From NCBI GenBank assembly GCA_965224085.1, contig CBDCYI010000005.1, positions 320,001 to 384,000 on the forward strand: a DNA stretch of 64,000 bases, in the 5' to 3' direction. The translations under genes and the position numbers were made by a program. Below are positions 47,418-57,834 of the stretch, piece after piece (the stretch's first letter is position 1; each line of letters starts with the position of its first letter). Source of the stretch: Candidatus Marinacidobacterales bacterium (GTDB taxonomy: Bacteria > Acidobacteriota > Vicinamibacteria > Marinacidobacterales > SMYC01). The notes below the pieces were generated by a model. It did not search any database, was not told where the DNA came from, and saw only the letters and a list, made by a program, of their open reading frames with translations.

Positions 47418-49574
47418 CTACGGCGAGGACGTCCTTCTGTCAACCGCCTCCGGTACCTTCTCCCACTCGTATTCCCGTCCCATGGCGTATTTCTCGAACC
47501 ACTCTAACTCTGCGTTCATCTTGAATAGGCGGTGGCGAAGCTCTCGCCAGCCGTGTGGCTCACGAGGCGCGATGTAGAGCCGGGTGGGAACGCCGTTGAA
47601 TTCGAGTGCGCGGTAGAGCTCGATCGACTGCTCGGGAGGCACCCGAACGTCGTTCTCCCCTACGAAGATGATAGTGGGCGTCTTGACATTGGAGATGTAG
47701 CTGAGCGGCGATTGCTCCCAGAAGTTATCACTGGGGGGATCCTTCTGCCACGGAGACCCCCCCAGCCAGTCATCTCGGAAGTGGCGGATGTCGCTTTGTG
47801 AATAGAAAGAGATCCAGTTCACCACGCCGGCCCCGGAGGAGGCTGCCTTGAAACGGTCGGTGAAGGTGATGATTTTGTTGGTCATGAAGCCCCCCGCGCT
47901 CCATCCTCTCTTGATCAAGCGATCGGGGTCGGCGATGCCCAACTTGATGACGTGGTCCAAGCCCGCCATCACGTCCAGGTGCGAGTTGTTGAAGTAGCGC
48001 CCGATCATGTCGCGCTGGAACGCGTCTCCGTATCCGCCGCTGCCACGATAGTTGGTTCTCAGCACGGCATAACCTCGGGCGGCAAGCACCTGAATGTAGT
48101 TGCTCCACCGCCCAAAGCCGAACTGATCGGAGTTCGCCATGCCGCCGTGCGACTGCACCACGAGGGGATAAGCATTTCCCTCCTCGTAATTCAGAGGATA
48201 GTCAAGCAACCCCTCGACCGTTACGCCATCGACGCCTTTCCATTCGACCTTCTCTTGCCGAGGTAGCTCGAAATCGCGCGCGAGATAATCGAAAACGTGC
48301 GTCACTCGACTCGGCGATGCCTCGCTCTCGCCCACCGGTAGCAGCGAGACGTCACCGGGGTTGTCCGGCTGGGCAAGGGTCAGCACGTGCCGCTCGGAAG
48401 AGAGTGCGAGTGTCCATGACCGAATCGTATGCTTCCCATCAGTGATCTGTCGTAGCTCTTCGGTGGCCAAGTCGAGCTCAAACAGCTCATTGCGCACGCC
48501 CATGTTTGCCAAGAGAAAGATGGAATCTCCTTTCTCCGACCAGCGGGCCGCTCGAAGCTCATAAGGTAGGTCAGGAAGCAAGAGCCGTGCCTCTCCACCC
48601 GAGGCGGGGATCAGGAACAGGCTACTCTTGTAGTAGTAGTCGAACTGCTGGTTGGCCTTCGCCAGGAACAGAACTTGCGCGTTGTCCGGGGAGAGCTCGG
48701 CTCCTCCGGCGCCGCAGCAGGAAGAGCTCTCGGGCACTTCGTTGCGGGTGAGCTGGAGCGCGTTTTGTCCATCTGCGTCCATTACCCAGACTTCGCTCCG
48801 GTGCGGATCCTCGTAAAGCGGGGTGGGTCCGCGGTGATGGGCGATCTTCTTCCCGTCGCGGGAGAGTTGGTAACTGAGCACCGAGTAGTCTCCCTCGGTA
48901 ACCCGCTCGACCGCCCCTTCGGGAACAGTCACCTTCCACAGGTGCCACTGCTTGTAGTTCCTGTTGAACGCAAAGACATCATCTGCCAAAGCGGCGCGCT
49001 GTTTTTCTTCGTCACTCGGCGCATCGGGAGCGAGGAAGTAGATCGCGGTGCTATCCGGCGCCCACGTGATGTTCGACACCGAGGGGGAGCGTGCCGCCAC
49101 CCATCCGGAAACCGAGAGCAAGGAAGGCCTCGGCGACGCGACCTCCAGGTCGGTGATGGGCTCGGCCTCCGGGCCCCCAAGAAGTCTCTCCACGAAAGTG
49201 GGCGGTTCCAAACTCTTGAGATAGATCTGGGGTTGTTTGGATTCCTCGGGTCTGGCCAGATAAGCGATCCATTTTCCGTCGGGAGACCAACGAGGGCTCG
49301 ATCCCGAGCGGCTGGTCAACTGGACCGGTGCCGAGCCATCCACGTTTGCCCGCCAAATGTGACGGGAATAGCCGTTGGCGTCCCAGTCGACTTCCCCCAA
49401 AACGTAGAGCAGTTCCTGGCCGTCGGGCGAAAGCTGAGCGTCGCTCAAGGACGGAACTTCCAGCAGATCGACCATGGTCATCGGTCGTTTAGCCTGCGCA
49501 AGCGCTGCCGAGCTCCCCAGGAGGACGAGGCCAAGCCCCCATCCGAGAAGGGTCAATCGCGGTTTGTTTTTCAT
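47418..49574 (-). CDS. S9 family peptidase c (divergent paralog of a/b)
   Basis: HGGM, GWSAGG, VGENDVRV, EPHG, LFKMNAELEWFEKY. Confidence 0.93.
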   Translation of the reverse strand: MKNKPRLTLLGWGLGLVLLGSSAALAQAKRPMTMVDLLEVPSLSDAQLSPDGQELLYVLGEVDWDANGYSRHIWRANVDGSAPVQLTSRSGSSPRWSPDGKWIAYLARPEESKQPQIYLKSLEPPTFVERLLGGPEAEPITDLEVASPRPSLLSVSGWVAARSPSVSNITWAPDSTAIYFLAPDAPSDEEKQRAALADDVFAFNRNYKQWHLWKVTVPEGAVERVTEGDYSVLSYQLSRDGKKIAHHRGPTPLYEDPHRSEVWVMDADGQNALQLTRNEVPESSSCCGAGGAELSPDNAQVLFLAKANQQFDYYYKSSLFLIPASGGEARLLLPDLPYELRAARWSEKGDSIFLLANMGVRNELFELDLATEELRQITDGKHTIRSWTLALSSERHVLTLAQPDNPGDVSLLPVGESEASPSRVTHVFDYLARDFELPRQEKVEWKGVDGVTVEGLLDYPLNYEEGNAYPLVVQSHGGMANSDQFGFGRWSNYIQVLAARGYAVLRTNYRGSGGYGDAFQRDMIGRYFNNSHLDVMAGLDHVIKLGIADPDRLIKRGWSAGGFMTNKIITFTDRFKAASSGAGVVNWISFYSQSDIRHFRDDWLGGSPWQKDPPSDNFWEQSPLSYISNVKTPTIIFVGENDVRVPPEQSIELYRALEFNGVPTRLYIAPREPHGWRELRHRLFKMNAELEWFEKYAMGREYEWEKVPEAVDRRTSSP

Positions 49575-49660
49575 TGCGCTCTCCTTAGATTATGAACTTG
49601 TCTGGCTGTTACCTAGCCCCTTCTACCGAGGAATCGCGCGTCGACAACCCCTACAAAACG

Positions 49661-50497
49661 CTACTTCGAGAGGGCACTGCGCATCCGTTTGAGCCTCTCG
49701 TTCAGCTCGTTCCGCAAAATCCCGAAGTCCCAGCCCAGGCTAATCAGCTTGTAACCGGCGTCGACCTTGGCTTTGACGTTGGATGCGTTCGCGTTCGTCC
49801 CGGAGATGACGCCTTGCTCGAGACACATCTGATGTATTCGCTGAGCATCCTGCTCCGAGATGTGTACGGTATGCACGGCCGACAGACCGGGAGTCTCGAC
49901 GATTTCCTTTGCGTTACGGACCCCTTCCTCGGACTCGATCATCGCGACCAGCAACATCTCTCCCTTGGGGTTGAGCGGCCACAGGTCTCGGCGTTCTTTT
50001 GGGATGTTCACGCCTGCCATCGTAGAAGTTTCCGCGTCACGGATTGCGGAGATCGCTCTCTCCACGTCGGCCCGGCTTTCCACAAAGGGGAGCCACATGC
50101 CCATCGACGGACCCACCTTGAGTGAAGTGGCGATTTCGTAACGCGGATCCCACATGCCGCGGTGGCCCAGTTTGATCAGGACGACCGGCGCGGGTCTCGG
50201 CTGGGTCCGATAGCGGTGGCTGAAGTCCTGAACCTCGAGAAGGAACCGATGCAAGGCGTTGAAATCGTAAATATCGTGCTCTACATCGGCGACGATGAAG
50301 TCCAGATCGCTGGTTGCGTGCACTTTCGCAATCCGCGGCGCGGAAAGCGCGCCCGTCCAGACGCCGATCACGGGCTTGCCAGCCTCGAGAAGCGAAATAA
50401 GGGGATTGGCATGGTCATCGGCGGCAGAGGCATTCGCCAAGATCCCCAAGGAAAAAGTCAGCAACAACCCTCGCGTTAGGTTCGTCTTCGGCTTCAT
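49661..50497 (-). CDS. HpcH/HpaI aldolase/citrate lyase family protein with signal peptide
   Basis: DFIVADVEH, LPFVESRADV, LWPLNPKGEMLLVAMIESEEGV; MKPKTNLTRGLLLTFSLGILANASA; GGAGGAG RBS. Confidence 0.8.
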   Translation of the reverse strand: MKPKTNLTRGLLLTFSLGILANASAADDHANPLISLLEAGKPVIGVWTGALSAPRIAKVHATSDLDFIVADVEHDIYDFNALHRFLLEVQDFSHRYRTQPRPAPVVLIKLGHRGMWDPRYEIATSLKVGPSMGMWLPFVESRADVERAISAIRDAETSTMAGVNIPKERRDLWPLNPKGEMLLVAMIESEEGVRNAKEIVETPGLSAVHTVHISEQDAQRIHQMCLEQGVISGTNANASNVKAKVDAGYKLISLGWDFGILRNELNERLKRMRSALSK

Positions 50498-51119
50498 CTG
50501 CACTCCTCCTCGATTTATTGTGTGCGGAGGCCTGACTTGTAACCGTGGCGAAGGGCTCGGATCAGGCACTCATCGCCGCGCTCGCTTGTTCGACCGCACG
50601 CCTACCGGCTGAGGCGATTGAGAATGTGGGACACGGTTTCTGCGTGCTGGGCCATAGGCCGACTCTGCGAGATAGTGCCTGCCTTCCTGCACTGGTCAAT
50701 CAGACCCTCGGTAACCTACCGCCTCCTATGAGACGAGTCCAATCGATAATTCTTTTGAAGCTATAACGCATAGTGATTGTCATTGGGAGTCATTTCCTGG
50801 AATGCTTGGGTGGAGACTATGGGCAAACACAGCAGAAGCGGCAGGCCGGTCATCGCTCCGTACATGGTTTTTTGTTTGACCGATTTCACATTTACGAAGC
50901 ATTACACCGGATTGACACGGAATTGAAGCTCTTCCGACTGCCCAGAGAGGCGTGTCCGATGGCTTTAATACTTAAGGAACAGGAGGCTGAACCGGTGCAG
51001 CAGTTTTCCGCTGGCACGGAGCCGGGCCGGGCCCCCTCGGCATTGATGGAAGCTCGGGGAGGGGGGAGCATGGGTCACCCCTTCAGTCGCAACGACCAAA
51101 CCATTGAATGGAGGTTGTC

Positions 51120-53256
51120 ATGTTGATTCGTCGATCAGTCCTTTTATGGAGTTTTGTCTTGCTGTGGTGGGCTGGCCTCGAGGCCGCACCGCAGAGGGAG
51201 CTTTTTACCCTCGAGCAGATTCTCAGCGCTCCCTTTCCCACCGGTCTCGTGGCGGCACCCCGTGGAGGTCGGGTGGCCTGGGTCTTCAACGCAACAGGGG
51301 AACGTAATATCTGGGTGGCCGAGCCTCCTGATTACAGAGGACGAGCTATCACTTCCTACCAAGGAGATAATGGTCAGGAAATCAGTGATCTCGAATGGAC
51401 GCCCGACGGCAGCGCCTTGGCCTACGTGCGTGGAGGCCGCAGCAATCGTCAGGGGGAGTATCCCAATCCGCTCAGCGACCCCGGCGGCGTCGAGCAGGCG
51501 GTTTGGGTCATTTCCATCGAAGGCGGGGAGCCCCGCAAGCTCGACGAGGGAAGCTCGCCGTCCGTATCGCCGAAAGGTGACCGGGTGGCTTTCGTGAAGA
51601 AGAGCCAGATTTGGTGGGCGCCGCTCGACGCCAGCAAGCCGGCTTCCCAGCTCATGCACACCCGCGGGGCGCAGTGGATCCCTTCGCTGGTCTTCCGATG
51701 GGTCCCGCCTGGCTTTCGTGAGCAACCGAGGAGATCACAGTTTCGTCGGTGTCTACCATCCGGAGACGAAGGCGCTCCGCTATTTGGAGCCCAGCGTGGA
51801 CAGCGACTCGAACCCCGTTTGGTCGCCCGACGGAGGCCGCCTCGCCTACCTTCGTCGTCCCGCTTCACGGCTTTACGGGCGTTACGGGCCCCACCGCACC
51901 AATGAGCCATGGTCCATCCGAGTGGTGGAGGTCTCCACCGGTCGGGGAAGTGAGGTCTGGAGAGCCGAGGATGGTCGAGGAAGCGTTTTTCGCAACGTGG
52001 CCTCCGACAATCAACTGCTGTGGGCCGCGACCGGCCACATCGTCTTTCCTTGGGAGCGGGACGGATGGACGCACCTCTACTCGGTGCGACCCGAAGGCGG
52101 CGAGGCAAAGCTCCTGACTCCTGGAGACTTCGAGGTCGAGTTTGTGGGATTGAGCCCCGACGGCCGCCGCGTCGTCTTCAACTCCAACCAAAACGATTTA
52201 GACCGCCGCCATCTGTGGGACGTTACGGCAGAGGGAGGCCCGCCAAGACAACTGACCCGTGGCACGGGCATCCAATGGTCGCCTATCGTCACCAGCGACG
52301 GAAAGGCGCTCGCTTTTTTGCGCTCCGACGCCAAACGGCCCGCGCATCCGGTCATTCAGTTGGGCGAAGGCCAAACCCAGGAGCTGGCGCCGGGGACCAT
52401 CCCCGCCGATTTTCCCGCGCAGGCCCTGCTGGAGCCTCAGTCGGTTGTTTACTCGGCGGCGGATGGCATGAGCATCCACGCTCAGCTTTTCCTACCGGGC
52501 GGCACCCGGCAAGGCGAGCGTCGGCAGGCCGTGGTTTTCCTTCACGGTGGCCCCCGTAGCCAGATGCTCCTCGGATGGAGCTACCGCGGCTACTATCACA
52601 ACGCGTACGCGTTCAACCAGTACCTGGCCAGTCGCGGCTACGTGGTGCTTAGCATCAACTTCCGTAGCGGCACCGGGTATGGTCTCGAGTTTCGCGAAGC
52701 CCTCGACTACGGGCCGATGGGCGCCAGCGAATTCAGTGATGTCTTAGGCGCCGGGTTGTACCTGCAGTCCCGAGCCGATGTGGATCCGGAGCGAATCGGG
52801 CTTTGGGGGGGGTCCTACGGAGGCTACCACACGGCGATGGGGCTGGCCCGTGCATCGGACTTGTTTGCTGCCGGGGTGGACCTTCACGGTGTTCACGACC
52901 GAAGAAACAGGGTGATCCGAGAGTATGGTTCTTCTTTCGTGGACCCGGAGGAAAGGCAGGCGGCTCTGAGGCTTGCCTATCAGTCTTCACCTATGGCGTC
53001 GCTTGATAGCTGGAGCTCGCCGGTGCTCTTGATTCACGGCGACGACGATCGCAATGTCCCCTTTCACGAAACCGTCGATTTGGTAGAGGAGCTCAGAAAG
53101 CGGGACGTGGAAATCGAGCAGCTCATATTCCCCGATGAGGTCCATGGGTTCCTGGCTCATGCTCATTGGCTTCAGGCCTACCGCGCGGCGTTCGACTTCT
53201 TCGAGCGACACCTAAACGGGGGCGCGAAAACAACGCGTACTTCTGGAATGAAGTGA
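51120..53256 (+). pseudogene. S9 family peptidase with a 1-nt frameshift in GGGG 51666-69 (real or sequencing error)
   Basis: Removing one G joins ...HTRG-RSGSLRWSSDGSRLAFVSNRGDH; catalytic GGSYGG, HGDDDRNV and EVHG are intact. Confidence 0.85.
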
Positions 53257-53347
53257 AACCACTCCAACGGAACGCAACCAGGGTGAGAGATCGAGGGTGC
53301 CACAGGGTCGTTCTCGAGCGGATACTCGCGTGCGCGATCGACCCCGC

Positions 53348-55498
53348 CTATCGGAATGGTGGGGGCGTGGCGCTTTGGAGCTCTTTCAGAAGACCCTTGA
53401 CGGATTCCTGGTCGGGATCGAGCTCCAAAGAATTTTCCAAGTACTCCACCGCCTTGTCGTAATTCCCGAGTCGCATGTGCGACACCGCGAGTGCATTGAG
53501 AAGATAGGAAGCGGGCCGCCGCAGGACGAGGGTAGATTCGAATAGCTCCACCGCCCGCGGGTAATTCCCGACTTGGAAATAGGCGTCACCCAGAGTCAGC
53601 GATACTTCCACGTTGTCTTCGTGGTCGGGTTGGACGGGCTCGAGAAGCTCGGCCGCCTCCTTTGGTCTTGCCTCGTCGAGGTGAAAGCGGGCGAGAAGAA
53701 GTCGGGGCGTCAGCAAGCTCGGATCATCGCGGATCGCCTGTTCGCAGAGTTCCATGGCCCTCTGCGTCTGGCCTTTCTCAAGGTGCTGCTTTGCAAGCTC
53801 AACTCTTATCAACCCCTCTTTCTGCCCGTCGATGTTCTCCCGGAGGACCCAAGGCCGCTGGACGATGTTTCGGGGTGTAATATCGAAGTCTTCCCACCGG
53901 CTGGCGATGGCTTGGCCGGACGAATCGAGAAGATCCACCAGCAGTCGATAACGTCCTCCGTCGGCGCCTTCCAAGCTCAGGGTTTCCAGGACGGGAGCGC
54001 CCTGGTAGGTCTTAACCGGAGTCACGTTCGAGACCATCACCTTGGAGACTTCCTCTCGATTCACGAGGCGCAGGGAGAGCCGGTGCTGGTCGCTCGCGTT
54101 TTCGAGCGGAACATGGGCGAGCAAGATGTTTCCCATCGCGTACACGTGTTTGGCGTTGGGCTCGAGCATCAAGGGGCCGACCTGATATGTGCCGTAGGTA
54201 AGCGGTGCTTCCGGGCTCGCCTGTTTCCCGGCAGCGTACAAGAGGACCGGCTTGCCGAGATAAACCGCCTCTGCACTGCGATCGCGCACGAGCAGTGGCG
54301 TTTCGAAAATCGTATACTCACTTCGTGCCCGGTTCTTCAGTACTAACCGGAAGCGATACTCACCGCTCACGAGTGCGAACATGTTCTGATAGGCGAAAGG
54401 ACGGTGCTTGACTCCTTGAAGCTGGGATTCGGTCAGCTGCAAATAAGGCTCCTTGGAGAATTGTAGAACGACTTCCTCACTATTCTCCGCGGTCACCTCA
54501 CCCTGCAGCTCGAAGGTCGTGTAATAGGCGTTATCCTCCTTGGCCAGTGTCAGATGCTGAGGTTCCAGCTCAATACTGTAATGCACAAAGCTAGAGTTGG
54601 CTGGACCGGGAATCACGTTTGCAATTCCGTAACTGGGCACATAGTTGAAAAGGTACGCACTCTCGACCAGACCCCGCGCTTCCCGCGCCGCATCCACATA
54701 GCGCGTGTCGACTCGACGATGGGGAGAGAGCAGGATGTCGGCCAATAGCACCTGAGTATCGAGAGCCGAGCGGTCCGGCTGGACAATGCTGACGTAAGCG
54801 CCCCGATCCGCTCGCATGGTGACTGACGCGTGCGCTAGTTCAGCGGATATTTCCTGAAGCATCTGATACGCATCGAGCCGGTAGCTCGCGCTATCGAACC
54901 GCTCGCCGGGCATGAGTTTCTCCGGCCCATCCAGCGCATGGTTGAACATGCGGTAGGGCCCAGCAAATCCCTCCTGGAAGAAGAGTAGATACAGAGGAGG
55001 CAGACTCTTGTCCTTGTTGGGATCGTAGAACCAGATTTCCGCAGGGTAGAGGAATGGTACGCCAAAGAACGTTTCTCGGTCGCGCGGTTCCCCGAGGATG
55101 ATGTACATCTTGCCCCGGTCCGTCATCCACCCAGGAACAGCGGATTCTCGTCCCAACTGCCGGTTTGCGTGGGCGATTCGGCGATAGTGCTCGTCTTTGA
55201 ACTCATTGGCCGGTGTCAACGGATCGGGATCTCGCCTCCGCCAGAAGGCGTCGATGAACGCTTCCCGCTCGTCCACCGACTCCAGATCCCGAAAAGCTCC
55301 CCGCTCCCTGTCACTGATGATATAGACGACCTCCTCCTCTAGCCATGTACGGTGCTTCTCGGGAAGCTCTTGAGCTGCGCGCGCAAGCGGGCTCGCCAGG
55401 AGGCCGGCGGGTAAAACGAGCGTTAGAAGCGGCAGGAGAAAGCCACCAAGCTTATACAAGCGCGGCCGCGTTTTTTCGGTGGAGGGCAAATCTGTCAT
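53348..55498 (-). CDS. GWxTD domain protein with C-terminal TPRs
   Basis: WLEEEVVYII, FWRRRDP, PGWMTDRGKMYI; TPR-like helices at the C-terminus. Confidence 0.9.
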   Translation of the reverse strand: MTDLPSTEKTRPRLYKLGGFLLPLLTLVLPAGLLASPLARAAQELPEKHRTWLEEEVVYIISDRERGAFRDLESVDEREAFIDAFWRRRDPDPLTPANEFKDEHYRRIAHANRQLGRESAVPGWMTDRGKMYIILGEPRDRETFFGVPFLYPAEIWFYDPNKDKSLPPLYLLFFQEGFAGPYRMFNHALDGPEKLMPGERFDSASYRLDAYQMLQEISAELAHASVTMRADRGAYVSIVQPDRSALDTQVLLADILLSPHRRVDTRYVDAAREARGLVESAYLFNYVPSYGIANVIPGPANSSFVHYSIELEPQHLTLAKEDNAYYTTFELQGEVTAENSEEVVLQFSKEPYLQLTESQLQGVKHRPFAYQNMFALVSGEYRFRLVLKNRARSEYTIFETPLLVRDRSAEAVYLGKPVLLYAAGKQASPEAPLTYGTYQVGPLMLEPNAKHVYAMGNILLAHVPLENASDQHRLSLRLVNREEVSKVMVSNVTPVKTYQGAPVLETLSLEGADGGRYRLLVDLLDSSGQAIASRWEDFDITPRNIVQRPWVLRENIDGQKEGLIRVELAKQHLEKGQTQRAMELCEQAIRDDPSLLTPRLLLARFHLDEARPKEAAELLEPVQPDHEDNVEVSLTLGDAYFQVGNYPRAVELFESTLVLRRPASYLLNALAVSHMRLGNYDKAVEYLENSLELDPDQESVKGLLKELQSATPPPFR

Positions 55499-55665
55499 TC
55501 TCTGGCTCCCCGTCACGTCACCAAGGTAGCTAGTCGCTTCTGCAAAAGTCAAACACGTGTCCTCGATACGAAGTCTAACTCGACAAGTAACGCGTCGATG
55601 GACGATTTTCTCGACTGGCGCGAGCAAGCACGCTCCTTCGACGTTCTCATCGGCGGCGTCGGTAC

Positions 55666-56013
55666 GTGGGCGTGGGCATTTACGGTGTCATTGCGTTCGC
55701 GGTCAACCAACGCTCGCACGAGATCGGGATCCGGATGGCGCTCGGTGCGAAACCGTCCGGCATTTTGAAGCTCGTCATCCGTCAGGGCGCGGTGGTGACG
55801 CTGATCGGTACGGTGCTCGGGGTGGCCGGGGCCGTCGCTTTCGTACGCTTTCTCGGCGCCGAGCTCGAAGGGATTAACGTCGCCACCGCATCGGGCGCGC
55901 TCACCTATGTAAGCGTCTCGCTCGTGCTGCTATTCGTAGCGAATCTCGCTAGTTTTCTCCCTGCCAAAAAAGCAGTCAACGTCGATCCTCTCGTAGTGCT
56001 CCGATACGAGTAG
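55666..56013 (+). pseudogene. 3' fragment of an FtsX-like/ADOP ABC permease
   Basis: GIYGVIAFAVNQRSHEIGIRMALGA...PAKKAVNVDPLVVLRYE; no upstream gene body. Confidence 0.85.
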
Positions 56014-56306
56014 CTCGTCTCCGGAGCCGGCGCTCCGCTGGAATCTCGCGCCATGGAAGCTCATGGAAGGCGCTACAACTGAAACCGCGAGCCGCGCCGT
56101 GGCAGACGATGGTACAGTCCGGCGAGCCGACGCGCTGAAGCGCTGACGGTCAGCGCCCGCGGTGCGGTAGAGAGGAGGCCCGTGCCCCTCCAATTTGAAC
56201 TCATCGAAGAGACGGACTACCTGCGGGTTGTAGTGACTGGCCGTTACGATGCAGTAGACTACAACAGATTTGTCGAGCCAGCTGAACCTGGCTAGGCTTG
56301 GTCCGC

Positions 56307-57572
56307 TCAGCGGCGCTCAAAGAAAGGGTCCGCGGCAGCGTAGGTCGTGGTTCGACGGCCATGCGATCCAAGCTGTTTCGAAGCCGCGGGGAAGACCCGG
56401 TTCCGTCCGTTGCGCTTGGCCTCGTAGAGCGCTTCGTCGGCGGCGCGGATGAGTTCCGTACTCCCGTGGCCGTCTCTCGGATAGTTCGCAACCCCTCCGC
56501 TGAAGCTGAGAATCCCGAGCGGCTGCTTCTCTCGATGGGGAAAGTCGTGTTCGGCAACATGACGCAATATGTTCTCGGCGGCTTTCAACGCTTGCTCGGA
56601 CGTCGCTCCTGGAAAGATCAAAATAAACTCTTCTCCGCCATAGCGTCCGAACACACTGTTCACGCGCGTGTGGTCCGCAACGACTTGAACGAATCTCTTG
56701 AGCAGACGGTCGCCCTCATCGTGGCCGTTGACGTCGTTGTAGTTCTTGAAGTTGTCGATATCCAATAGAAGAATCGAAACCTCCGCGCTCGTCTTCTCAC
56801 TTTCGACTATCTTCTCGGACAGATGGGTCAAAGTGTATGTCTTGTTGTAGATCCCCGTGAGCCCGTCGATCTCCGCGGTCTCCTTCATCGCACCATAAGC
56901 GGTCGCGTGCTGTAGCGCCATAGCGCCGATATGGGCGATGAGGCGAAGGACCGCTTTCGCGCTTTCGGAATGGAGGCTCGGGCGCGACATCGCGAGAAGC
57001 CCGAGGGTGTTGCCATCGAATACCATTGGCGCGACCAGATCGCAGTCGAATCCTTCGATCACGTACCGCTTGAGCTCGGAGCGCACGTGATTCGAAAGCT
57101 TCGAGAAATCGTCGCGGCTCATCACCTGTTGGTTCTCGGCCACCATCCCGAGCTCTCCATGTTCGGACGGAAATTGCATGCCGGCATCGATCTTGTTGTC
57201 CGAGCTCGAGGCCGCCGCGACGATGAACTTGGTTCCATGGCTCGGATCGCCCGTCTTCCGTTTTCTACGAAGCAGTACCATGGACCCCCACGGCTCGAAC
57301 GTTCGGAGCATTATCTTGTTGAGCTCGGCCGGGATATTGCGCGGGTCTACCTTCGAGTGAAGCTCACGCGACAAATGCGGAAACTCTCTCGCGAAGCGCA
57401 CGACGAACTCGCGCTCGCGCGAAGTCTGCGCCGCTGGTCGGATCGTTTCGAGCTTGTCGCGGAGCGTTCGGATCGTCTCGAGCGCTTTCGCATACTCCAA
57501 CCTGAGCGCAAGAAAGGCGCGGCAACCGAAAACGAGCAACGCGACAATAAGCACGATCGCCACTGGTATCAT
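56307..57572 (-). CDS. Membrane-anchored GAF-GGDEF diguanylate cyclase
   Basis: N-terminal TM helix; DGLTGIYN, DIDNFKNYNDVNGH, RYGGEEF, ADEALYEAKRNGRN. Confidence 0.92.
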   Translation of the reverse strand: MIPVAIVLIVALLVFGCRAFLALRLEYAKALETIRTLRDKLETIRPAAQTSREREFVVRFAREFPHLSRELHSKVDPRNIPAELNKIMLRTFEPWGSMVLLRRKRKTGDPSHGTKFIVAAASSSDNKIDAGMQFPSEHGELGMVAENQQVMSRDDFSKLSNHVRSELKRYVIEGFDCDLVAPMVFDGNTLGLLAMSRPSLHSESAKAVLRLIAHIGAMALQHATAYGAMKETAEIDGLTGIYNKTYTLTHLSEKIVESEKTSAEVSILLLDIDNFKNYNDVNGHDEGDRLLKRFVQVVADHTRVNSVFGRYGGEEFILIFPGATSEQALKAAENILRHVAEHDFPHREKQPLGILSFSGGVANYPRDGHGSTELIRAADEALYEAKRNGRNRVFPAASKQLGSHGRRTTTYAAADPFFERR

Positions 57573-57834
57573 GCTGAAATACTCATACTTGCGGGTAGCC
57601 ACCCTCGCCTGGCATCCGCTCACCAGCCTAAAATTGGTTCGATTCCCGGAGAATGGTTGTTGTTGGGATTGATTTACGTATCGTTTATTCTACCGACAAA
57701 ACGGGACATCAGTCCACCGGAAAAGTCAGGGGCCAGATCGTCCCAGAGCGCCACGGCGTCGAGGCGAAAGATCTCGCTGGCCTTCGGGCAGCTCCCAGAC
57801 GACGATGCGGCCTTGCGGGCCGACTCGCTACGTG

